Source: Candidatus Cloacimonadota bacterium
GTDB lineage: Bacteria; Cloacimonadota; Cloacimonadia; Cloacimonadales; TCS61
Assembly (NCBI GenBank): GCA_030445745.1
Contig: JASUTE010000003.1
Coordinates: forward strand, 78,725-142,724
DNA: 64,000 bases
Direction of reading: 5' to 3'
This document shows positions 29,747 to 37,782 of this stretch, in pieces (within the stretch, counting starts at the first letter, position 1; each line of letters begins with the position of its first letter). The notes beneath the pieces were generated by a model. The model saw only the letters and a list, made by a program, of their open reading frames with translations, did no database searches and was not told where the DNA came from. Made by a program: the position numbers and the translations under genes.

Positions 29747-30976
29747 CTACCATCTACCTAATATTTTTTGTGAAAGTAGCAAATTCCGTTCTTCTTGTTT
29801 GCGGAATAGTTGATAATAATTTTTGTTATAATTTAGCTGGGCATTTAAGTAATCCAGTCTGCTTTTATCTAAGTCCAACAAGTTAATCAAGCCCAACTTG
29901 AATTGCTCTTCAGCTTTTTCCAAATTTTTGCGTGCCAAAGTTATTTTTTTCTCGTAAAGTTTTACAGATTTTTCCAAAGTAGCTATATCGCTGTTTAAAT
30001 TCTCCAATTCTGTTTGATATTTCTTCTGGGTGCGATCTAAAGCTATCTGCTGTATTTTTAAATTACGTTTTTGCTGTCCATGATTTTCGTATTTATGGAA
30101 AAGGTCGAATAAAGAATAGCTAAAAGAAAGAGATAGCGTAGTAGAATCTTCATAATCATCCCAATCGTTATAATCTGCAATAGTGGGTTTATCGTAATTG
30201 TAGCTGTAGCCCAGAGAAAAGGAGGGTAGGAAGTTAAGTTTTTGTTCAAATAGGCTTAATTTAGTGCTTTTAATATTGTTTTGCTGTCTGGTAATCTCCA
30301 AATTGGTTTTGAAATCCTCTACCAACTTGTATTCGGGCATATCTGGTTCTTTAAGTTCCCAACCATCATCTTCAATGTTCAAATAATTAAACAGTTCTTT
30401 TCTACTTGTTTTCAAGCTATTCTTCGCTTCTAACACAGCAATTTCGTAATCAATTAAATCTATTTCACTTTGTTGCAACTCTAATTCAGATTTTTTACCT
30501 ACTTCGTACATGATTTCTATCTGGTTTTTTATTTTTTTTTGCAGCTCAATATTTTTTTGTTGTATTTGCAAAGCTTTCTTGCTTTCCAAAATAGTTAGGT
30601 AGTAAGAAACTATGTTATAAGCAATCTGTTTGCGAGTATCTTGCCAGGTATATTCCGCATTTTCTTTGTTCAATAGACCTCTACGAATATTAAAATAGGT
30701 AGGTTCATTTAAATAAATACTCTTAGAAATACTAAAACCAGCACTTTTAGTCCAGGCGTTGTTATCGTATCTATTATTGGAAGCATTCAAATTAGCTGAT
30801 GGCAAAATTTCCCAGTAATTATTACGTAAACTGGATTTAGCATTCTGCAATTCCTGTTGCTGAGAAAGAATTTGGTGGGAATTTTGCATTCCTATCTCTA
30901 TCATATCTGGCAAATTGTACTCTTTCGCAAAAAGCAAAACTGGCATAATTACCATCATCAGTAAAATTTTCTTCAT
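29747..30976 (-). CDS. TolC family outer membrane efflux protein
   Basis: Signal peptide; two OEP repeats (ILPS.., FLPS..; YEVG / FKLG). Confidence 0.85.
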   Translation of the reverse strand: MKKILLMMVIMPVLLFAKEYNLPDMIEIGMQNSHQILSQQQELQNAKSSLRNNYWEILPSANLNASNNRYDNNAWTKSAGFSISKSIYLNEPTYFNIRRGLLNKENAEYTWQDTRKQIAYNIVSYYLTILESKKALQIQQKNIELQKKIKNQIEIMYEVGKKSELELQQSEIDLIDYEIAVLEAKNSLKTSRKELFNYLNIEDDGWELKEPDMPEYKLVEDFKTNLEITRQQNNIKSTKLSLFEQKLNFLPSFSLGYSYNYDKPTIADYNDWDDYEDSTTLSLSFSYSLFDLFHKYENHGQQKRNLKIQQIALDRTQKKYQTELENLNSDIATLEKSVKLYEKKITLARKNLEKAEEQFKLGLINLLDLDKSRLDYLNAQLNYNKNYYQLFRKQEERNLLLSQKILGRW

Positions 30977-30986
30977 TCAGGTCTCC

Positions 30987-31568
30987 TTATTTTGGTATTA
31001 TTAAGAAAAATATCATATTTGCAATTCCGATTAAGAAATAGAAGGAAAGCACTACTATAAGCATATATTTGTAAACATATTTATTAAAATATTCCTCTAA
31101 AATCTCTAAACTTATTTTTTCGTCTAAGAGGGCAATATAGTGTTTTACGTTCAATTTTTGTAGTAAGAAGGGCACAAAACTACGCAGAAAACCACGCGTA
31201 ATTTCAAAAACCAGCAATGCAACGCTGTGACGCAATTTTGTTTTAATAAAGGAAGGCAGAAATTTTATTTCTTCCAAAGAAGCTAATTGCTGCCATGCTT
31301 TTTCGTAGATCTGATCTTCCCAATCGCTTATCATATTGTTTTGAGAATAGTTTTGGCAGGCAGTTAAGTAATCGTGCAGAGATACTTCTATCTTTTCCAT
31401 TAGTATATTTCTGTATTTAGGTACCAGACCTGGAGTTAGAGGAATTTGTTTTTTAAACCAGAACTTTGGTTGGCGAGGACGAAATAAAATAAATTTAATA
31501 ATACAAACAAGGCAATAAGCCAAGACTACATTAAAAACTATAAATAATAAAGATTTTAGAAAAGTCAT
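30987..31568 (-). CDS. DUF445-like membrane protein
   Basis: LFRP..P....IPLTPGLVP motif and terminal TM helices. Confidence 0.6.
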   Translation of the reverse strand: MTFLKSLLFIVFNVVLAYCLVCIIKFILFRPRQPKFWFKKQIPLTPGLVPKYRNILMEKIEVSLHDYLTACQNYSQNNMISDWEDQIYEKAWQQLASLEEIKFLPSFIKTKLRHSVALLVFEITRGFLRSFVPFLLQKLNVKHYIALLDEKISLEILEEYFNKYVYKYMLIVVLSFYFLIGIANMIFFLIIPK

Positions 31569-31768
31569 ATTTTGCCTCTATTATAAAGTTCTACGAAATA
31601 GCTTATAGAGCGATCGTATGTTTTTTCGGCTTCTGGTGGGAAATAACAGGCCGGCAATTCTCTTCGCTGCCAGTGCGAACGAATACATTCACAGCACACT
31701 CCCTGGCGTGAACAAGGATAGGAGCAATTACACTCCTGTAAATTCAATTCTTTATTATTGCAATTCAT
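31565..31768 (-). CDS. Small Cys-rich protein (DUF6485-like)
   Basis: [18 protein letters not shown]....LPACYF....E.TYDRS pattern; GGAG RBS. Confidence 0.75.
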   Translation of the reverse strand: MNCNNKELNLQECNCSYPCSRQGVCCECIRSHWQRRELPACYFPPEAEKTYDRSISYFVELYNRGKI

Positions 31769-31780
31769 AAAATCTCCTTT

Positions 31781-32752
31781 TTATTCGGTGTAAAAAAACT
31801 TCTGCAGCCATTGCAAGGTATACTGCATGTCATCTGGCAATTTTGTTTCCAAATGCAAGTTTTTTTTGGTAATAGGATGCCTGAATTGTAGTTTAAATGC
31901 ATGTAAAGCCTGTCTTTGCAAATGGTTGGCTAAAAGATATTTTGCCTTCTTTTTTAAATTCTCGGGCAGATAGGTTAGCGTTCTTTTCAGGCTAGAGTAA
32001 ACAGGATCGCCCAAAATGGGGCAGTTTATGTGCGAAAAATGGACACGTATCTGGTGAGTTCGTCCTGTTTCCAATTCTATTTCCAAGTAGGAAAAAAAAT
32101 CATACTTTTTCAGAACTTTATAGTGTGTTATTGCCTGACGACCAGTGTTGCTAACCGTCATTTTAGTACGATTGGTTTTGCTTCTATTTAATTTAGTGCT
32201 AATCGTACCAGCATCGCTAGTGGGAATACCCACCGAAATAGCGCGGTATGTCTTTTTTATTTTCTTTTCTTGGAATAGTTGGGAAAGGAGCGCCTGGGTT
32301 TTATCATCTTTGGCTACTATTAGCAAGCCAGTTGTGTCCTTATCCAATCGATGTACTATTCCGGGACGTAGATCTTCATAACCGCTAGCTAGCTCATCTT
32401 TAAAGTGATACACAAGACCATTCACAATGGTACCAGCGGGATTGCCTGCCCCGGGATGCACAACAATACCAGCAGGCTTGTTGATTACCGCCAGATATTC
32501 ATCTTCATAAACAAATTCCAGTGGGATTCGTTGCGGTTGCACTTTATTTGGATTCTGAGCTGGAATCTCTATCTCTATCTCATCTTCTGGATTCAATTTA
32601 TAGCTCTTTTTCACTTTTTGTCCATTCACACAAATCTTACCTGTGGCAATTAGTTTATCTATAAAACTACGAGAATAGAGCTCTTTTATCTGGGCTTCTG
32701 CCAAATATTTATCAATTCTACTCTGAACTTTTTTCCGATACTTTATCTTCAT
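31781..32752 (-). CDS. rluD: RluA/RluD family 23S rRNA pseudouridine synthase
   Basis: N-terminal S4 domain; NKPAG, RPGIVHRLDKDTTG and TGRTHQIRVH motifs. Confidence 0.9.
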   Translation of the reverse strand: MKIKYRKKVQSRIDKYLAEAQIKELYSRSFIDKLIATGKICVNGQKVKKSYKLNPEDEIEIEIPAQNPNKVQPQRIPLEFVYEDEYLAVINKPAGIVVHPGAGNPAGTIVNGLVYHFKDELASGYEDLRPGIVHRLDKDTTGLLIVAKDDKTQALLSQLFQEKKIKKTYRAISVGIPTSDAGTISTKLNRSKTNRTKMTVSNTGRQAITHYKVLKKYDFFSYLEIELETGRTHQIRVHFSHINCPILGDPVYSSLKRTLTYLPENLKKKAKYLLANHLQRQALHAFKLQFRHPITKKNLHLETKLPDDMQYTLQWLQKFFYTE

Positions 32753-33509
32753 CCTTCTGCTTTTTCTGTTTTTTCTCTATTTGAATATTTCTAACACTTA
32801 TCACAGCACCAGTTGCTTTTCCTTCATCATCTCTTACAATTGCACTGTCTAAGGTAACATGTCTTTTCAAATCTGCTATGAAAAACTGCACCGGATCTTG
32901 TTTAGATTTTTTATCTAAAACTGTAATTACATATTTTTTTAAATTTTTTTCCAAAACTGGGGGAAGATTAGAATCTACCAAATTGGATTTTTCGACAATA
33001 CTGGGAAATACTTGAGCACATAGTTCGTTCATATAAACGATATTTCCTTTTAAATCAAGAATCATAATACCTTCCTGGGCTAGTTTCAAAAGAGCATTGA
33101 TGCGGTTATGATGCTCTACAATTTTGGCTTTTTTCAATTTATCGAACCTATACACAGCCTGCAACATTTTCTGGATAGAGAGAAATATGCTATAAATTTC
33201 TTTATCTGTGTGTTTTTTGAAATATTCCATATCTATTTCTAAGTTGTAGCGTCCTTTAGCTATCTCGTTTAGCACATTATGTATTTCGGAAAAGGATTTA
33301 CGCATAAAAACTGGGATATAGAAAAACAGGACAACTAAAAGCAAAAATTGCAAAAAAATAGCGATGAGAACGATATTTTGAACATTCTTCACTAGGTCAT
33401 CATTCTGTATTCCTCCCACCAAATTCAAAACTACTAAGCCCTGGATGAGTGTAATGAGAAATACCAAGAGTATTATTAGCCTAATTTTACCGGTAAAAGT
33501 TTGTTTCAT
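32718..33509 (-). CDS. Two-TM HAMP-like/PAS domain protein with no output domain
   Basis: Two TM helices, HAMP-like helix pair, and PAS pattern EGIMILD..GNIVYMN...G..TGAV. Confidence 0.65.
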   Translation of the reverse strand: MKQTFTGKIRLIILLVFLITLIQGLVVLNLVGGIQNDDLVKNVQNIVLIAIFLQFLLLVVLFFYIPVFMRKSFSEIHNVLNEIAKGRYNLEIDMEYFKKHTDKEIYSIFLSIQKMLQAVYRFDKLKKAKIVEHHNRINALLKLAQEGIMILDLKGNIVYMNELCAQVFPSIVEKSNLVDSNLPPVLEKNLKKYVITVLDKKSKQDPVQFFIADLKRHVTLDSAIVRDDEGKATGAVISVRNIQIEKKQKKQKDEDKVSEKSSE

Positions 33510-33510
33510 G

Positions 33511-34212
33511 CTATGCCTTCCCTTCTGTTTCTTTAATTAGTTTGTTAATCCTATTTTTAGGACCGATAAGGACTAATATATCACCTTCATTTACTCTGTC
33601 GTTAGCACCAGGCATATCATTTATCTTGTTTTCTACTTCGTTTTCACCCTCTTCGGTCACTGTTTCTGCTTTATATTTTATAGCCACCACATTCACACCT
33701 TTTTTAGTAGGAAGAGCTAATTCTTGCAAGGTTTTGCCTACCCATTCTTCAGGGACCACCATATCGATGATGACATGACCGCTGGAAAGATCGATATATT
33801 CCAATATATTGCTAGAAATAAGCGAATTAGCCAGTTGTGTACCTATCTGTTCTTCAGGAAAAATAATATTCTGGATGCCCAATAACCGTAAAATGCGAGC
33901 ATGGACTTTGCTGTCTACTTTGGCGTAAATATTGCTTATACCAAGTTTTTTCAAGATAACACTGGTAAGAACACTAACTTCGATATTATTACCAATTGCC
34001 AAAACAACAGCATCCATATCTTGGATGCCGTGCTGTCGTAGTGCTGTTTCATCTGTACTATTAAGGTGAATAGGTGAACTAACCAGCCCAGTTACTTCTT
34101 CTATCAGCTTTTCGTCATTATCAATAGCAATTACCTCTGCACCATTTTCATAAAGCGTGGTTGCTACGGTTTTTCCAAACTTTCCTAATCCTATGACTGC
34201 AAAACGTGCCAT
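33511..34212 (-). CDS. ktrA: Ktr/Trk potassium uptake RCK regulatory subunit
   Basis: FAVIGLGKFG Rossmann motif, IFPEE and RCK_C domain; start at ATG 34212 behind GGAG. Confidence 0.9.
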   Translation of the reverse strand: MARFAVIGLGKFGKTVATTLYENGAEVIAIDNDEKLIEEVTGLVSSPIHLNSTDETALRQHGIQDMDAVVLAIGNNIEVSVLTSVILKKLGISNIYAKVDSKVHARILRLLGIQNIIFPEEQIGTQLANSLISSNILEYIDLSSGHVIIDMVVPEEWVGKTLQELALPTKKGVNVVAIKYKAETVTEEGENEVENKINDMPGANDRVNEGDILVLIGPKNRINKLIKETEGKA

Positions 34213-34225
34213 AAAATCTCCTTTT

Positions 34226-34375
34226 TTATCCAATCCCGATTTTTTCTTCTATATAATGGGAATCAACTTTAGCTTTAGTTTCCGAAATAGCGAATATTAA
34301 AGTTAAGTAAAGAATTGCTGCTAGAGTAAGTAATAAAAAAATAGCATTCTCTATTTTTTCAAATATTTGTTTCAT
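34226..34375 (-). pseudogene. 49-codon ORF, apparently an internally deleted ktrB/trkH (N-terminus joined in frame to C-terminus)
   Basis: Manual translation MKQIFEKIENAIFLLLTLAAILYLTLIFAISETKAKVDSHYIEEKIGIG*; second half matches the KtrB C-terminal tail pattern; ATGA-coupled to adk and directly upstream of ktrA. Confidence 0.72.
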
Positions 34376-35016
34376 TTTTTAATTTCTTCTATAACATTTT
34401 TGTGTATAACTTCTAACGGTCTATCAGCATCCAAATCCACAAAGCGGCATTTTTCTTTTAAAATTGGTATCACTTTTTTGGTAGTTTTATGAAACTCTTC
34501 TATCCTTTTTTCTATAGCTTCTTTCTTATCATCATCTCGTTGTACTAATTCCCCTCCACATAAATCACAAATTCCATCTTGTTTGGGCGGATTGAAAAGC
34601 AGATTATAATCTTTATGACAACTACTACAATGCCGGCGTGCTTGAATTCTGGTAATAGCAACACTTTTGGGTAATTTCAGGTTAAAGCAAATATCAATTG
34701 TAAATTTATCCAGTAAAAAATAAGCTTGTTTTTCAGTTCTTGGAAAACCATCTAAAATGAAACCCCGAGTAGCATTTTGCAAGGCAGGTTCAATCATCTT
34801 AAAAACAAATTCATCAGGAACCAACTTCCCTTTGTTGATAAAATCCTCTGCTTGCTTTCCTAATTTTGTCTGTTTCGCTATATGCTCACGAAATTTTTCG
34901 CCCACGTTGATATGAGGCCAACCAAACTTTTCGCTAAGCAGCTTCGCTTGGGTGCCTTTGCCACTTCCCTGAACTCCTAAAAAGATTACATTCATGTCAA
35001 ACATCCCTATTTGCAT
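34372..35016 (-). CDS. adk: Adenylate kinase with zinc LID
   Basis: GVQGSGKGTQ, GKLVPD, LDGFPRT and CxxC...CxxC; start may be ATG 34995. Confidence 0.95.
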   Translation of the reverse strand: MQIGMFDMNVIFLGVQGSGKGTQAKLLSEKFGWPHINVGEKFREHIAKQTKLGKQAEDFINKGKLVPDEFVFKMIEPALQNATRGFILDGFPRTEKQAYFLLDKFTIDICFNLKLPKSVAITRIQARRHCSSCHKDYNLLFNPPKQDGICDLCGGELVQRDDDKKEAIEKRIEEFHKTTKKVIPILKEKCRFVDLDADRPLEVIHKNVIEEIKK

Positions 35017-35205
35017 ATTTTATGTAAAATCTATTCTAGTCACTTTTATCGTCAAGTTTTACCTTCTTTTTAACAAATGTTTTGTAAAATAATCTGCCAA
35101 CTTTTAGTTATTAAATTATTTTAGGTTGGAAGTTTGTATTTTATTTCTTGACTTTACCAAGCTAATTCACAAATTTTCTCAAAACGATAATTTGGGAGAT
35201 AGACG

Positions 35206-37782
35206 ATGAACTTAAAACCGCAACCTTTTGTAAACAAAAGAGATAATTCCATAATAGCATTTTTAATCTTTGTGGGAACACTGGTGGTGTATTGGCTCAC
35301 TCTGGCGCGCTCTCTTTCTTTTTGGGATGCTGGAGAATATATCACTTGTAGCAGTATTTTAGGTATACCGCACCCGCCTGGAAACCCTTTTTACATTCTA
35401 CTAGGTCGCTTTTCCACCATCTTGGGATTAGGAGTACCGCATGCTCAGGCAGTCAATTTCCTTTCCGCTGTGCTGGCTTCTTTAGCAGTTATGTTTACCT
35501 ACCTGTTTACTGTAAAGCTCATCTCGATGTGGCTGCAAAACCCCAAACAAGCGTATAAGGCATATTTAGGTGGTTTTCTGGCAGCCTTTTACACAGCTTT
35601 TTCCTATACATTTTGGACAAATGCAATAGAAGCAGAAGTTTACTCTGGACTAGCATTTATTATTAATCTTATAGTCTGGTTAACCCTGGTGTGGGTGGAA
35701 AAATCTCGCGATTTTTCTCATCAAAATATCCTTCTGCTCATTATCTACGTATTCTTTTTAGGGTTTGGAATTCACCAAACTTCCTTACAAATTGCTCCAG
35801 CTATCCTTTTCATAGTTGTATACCCTCTGCTACGAGATAACATCGGATCCAAAGAGTTTTGGAGTCGTTTAATCATCTACCTTATCTCCCTAATTGGCAT
35901 CTACCTTATTTTTAATGCTGTTGGCAAACAACTCCAAATTCCAGCTCTTTCCAAGTATATGTTTGCTTTAGGCTCGGTTGCGCTTATGTACTATCATCTA
36001 AAGGAAAAATTTCAAAAGAAAATCTGGCTTTTAGGTATTTTATTTATTCTGGTTGGACTAAGCAGCCACATTTATCTGTTAGTTCGCTCTGAACTGCAAC
36101 CATTTATAAATGAAGGCAATCCTCATAATATTCCTATGTTTATAGAATATGTGCTTAGAAAACAATATGGCTCTACCAGCATGTTTGTACGCCGTGCCTC
36201 TTTTATCTATCAGCTAAAAGACCAATTTTTAAAATATTTTAGCTGGCAATTTTTCAATACTGAGGTTATAGCCTATTTCTTGCAAATTCCGCAACGATTT
36301 GTACAGTTTTTAGCTAATCTGATAGTTACTCTGCTAGGAATTGGCGGAGCTTATTATCACTATAAAAAAAACAAACATTCCTTTGCCTATATGTTAGCTC
36401 TATTTCTTATGGCTTCCATTGCAATGGTATTTGTTCTCAACCTTTCCGATGCCGAGGTAAGAGAACGTGATTATTTCTTTGTCACAGCTTACAACTTCTG
36501 GGCAGTTTGGTTAGCTATTGGTTCTTTGGCAATAGTGAATTTCTTCCGCAAAAATAAAAAGATCTTCGGCTATTTAGCTATTATTTTAGTTATCATGCTT
36601 CCTACCATAAATCTGTTTTCCCAATATAAAATCCACGATCGTTCTGAAGAATATATAGCTTTAGATTATGGCCAAAATATTCTAAACAGTGTGGAAAAGA
36701 ACGCGATAATTTTTACAAATGGCGATAACGACACCTTCCCAGCCTGGTATGCACAAGCTGTATTCGATCCCAAAGCTACTGAATATATTCCGGAAACAGA
36801 CAATGAATATCACCCAGATAAGCAGGCACAAGAAGCTATCTCTACTGCTATGGCTTATAAAAATGAACAATGTAAGGGAATTAGAAAAGATGTAACTATA
36901 GCTAATTTGAGCCTTCTTAATACCGGCTGGTATATAAAGCAACTACGCGATTTGGAAGGTGTGATGTTCGTATTAAGAAACCGCTCTGGTAAACCACTTC
37001 CTATTGAAAAACAAAATGAATATATCGAAGGTTGCGAAACTATGCGCAGCTCTCCGCTCTCTCCTAAAATAGTGCCCCAAGATATCAGTCTACCTGTTTC
37101 TACCGATTTCCCTGATAAATCTTTTGTTGTTAACTTCCCTAAAGATAAAATATTATACACAAAAGACTTGGCAGTGTTACAGATAATTAAAGATAATTAT
37201 GGCAAACGACCCATTTATTTTGCCGTAACAGTAGGAGATGTGGTTGGTTTCGATAAATATCTGAAAAATGAAGGTATGGTGGATAGATTGGTAACCGAAA
37301 AAGCTGAATATAACTACGATATAGATAGAATCACCACCAACATCGATTCTGTTTATTCCTACCGCGGTATTTTTGATGAGACAGTTTACAAGGATAGAAA
37401 TATGTCCCGTCTGTTGAATAACTACGGTGCTTCTTTTATGCGTGCTTCTCAATACTACCATCAACACGACGATTATGAAAATGCCATAAAATATATGAGA
37501 CGTGGCATGGATTTTATTCAGCAACAACAAAGATTTAATTCCAGTTTAGCTAGGCTTTATTTGGAATACAGCTACCAGCTAATAGAAAAAGACAGTACCA
37601 AAGCTGCTTTCGATAAATTGGAAACAGCGGTAGAGTTAGATCCAAGTAATCAATATCTGCCAGGAATAATTTCCGAATATGCTCGGATAACAAATGATTT
37701 TGAACGTGCTAAGCAAATATTGGAGAAAACCAATCTGGATTCTAGCTTAAAGAAAAACTTTTTTGAAAGATTAAAACCATAA
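35206..37782 (+). CDS. DUF2723 membrane protein (TMEM260-like GT-C glycosyltransferase) with C-terminal TPR-like helices
   Basis: FWDAGEY, HPPGNP, EAEVY, RERDYF, GDNDTFP and NLSLLNT.WY motifs; many TM helices. Confidence 0.87.
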   Translation: MNLKPQPFVNKRDNSIIAFLIFVGTLVVYWLTLARSLSFWDAGEYITCSSILGIPHPPGNPFYILLGRFSTILGLGVPHAQAVNFLSAVLASLAVMFTYLFTVKLISMWLQNPKQAYKAYLGGFLAAFYTAFSYTFWTNAIEAEVYSGLAFIINLIVWLTLVWVEKSRDFSHQNILLLIIYVFFLGFGIHQTSLQIAPAILFIVVYPLLRDNIGSKEFWSRLIIYLISLIGIYLIFNAVGKQLQIPALSKYMFALGSVALMYYHLKEKFQKKIWLLGILFILVGLSSHIYLLVRSELQPFINEGNPHNIPMFIEYVLRKQYGSTSMFVRRASFIYQLKDQFLKYFSWQFFNTEVIAYFLQIPQRFVQFLANLIVTLLGIGGAYYHYKKNKHSFAYMLALFLMASIAMVFVLNLSDAEVRERDYFFVTAYNFWAVWLAIGSLAIVNFFRKNKKIFGYLAIILVIMLPTINLFSQYKIHDRSEEYIALDYGQNILNSVEKNAIIFTNGDNDTFPAWYAQAVFDPKATEYIPETDNEYHPDKQAQEAISTAMAYKNEQCKGIRKDVTIANLSLLNTGWYIKQLRDLEGVMFVLRNRSGKPLPIEKQNEYIEGCETMRSSPLSPKIVPQDISLPVSTDFPDKSFVVNFPKDKILYTKDLAVLQIIKDNYGKRPIYFAVTVGDVVGFDKYLKNEGMVDRLVTEKAEYNYDIDRITTNIDSVYSYRGIFDETVYKDRNMSRLLNNYGASFMRASQYYHQHDDYENAIKYMRRGMDFIQQQQRFNSSLARLYLEYSYQLIEKDSTKAAFDKLETAVELDPSNQYLPGIISEYARITNDFERAKQILEKTNLDSSLKKNFFERLKP

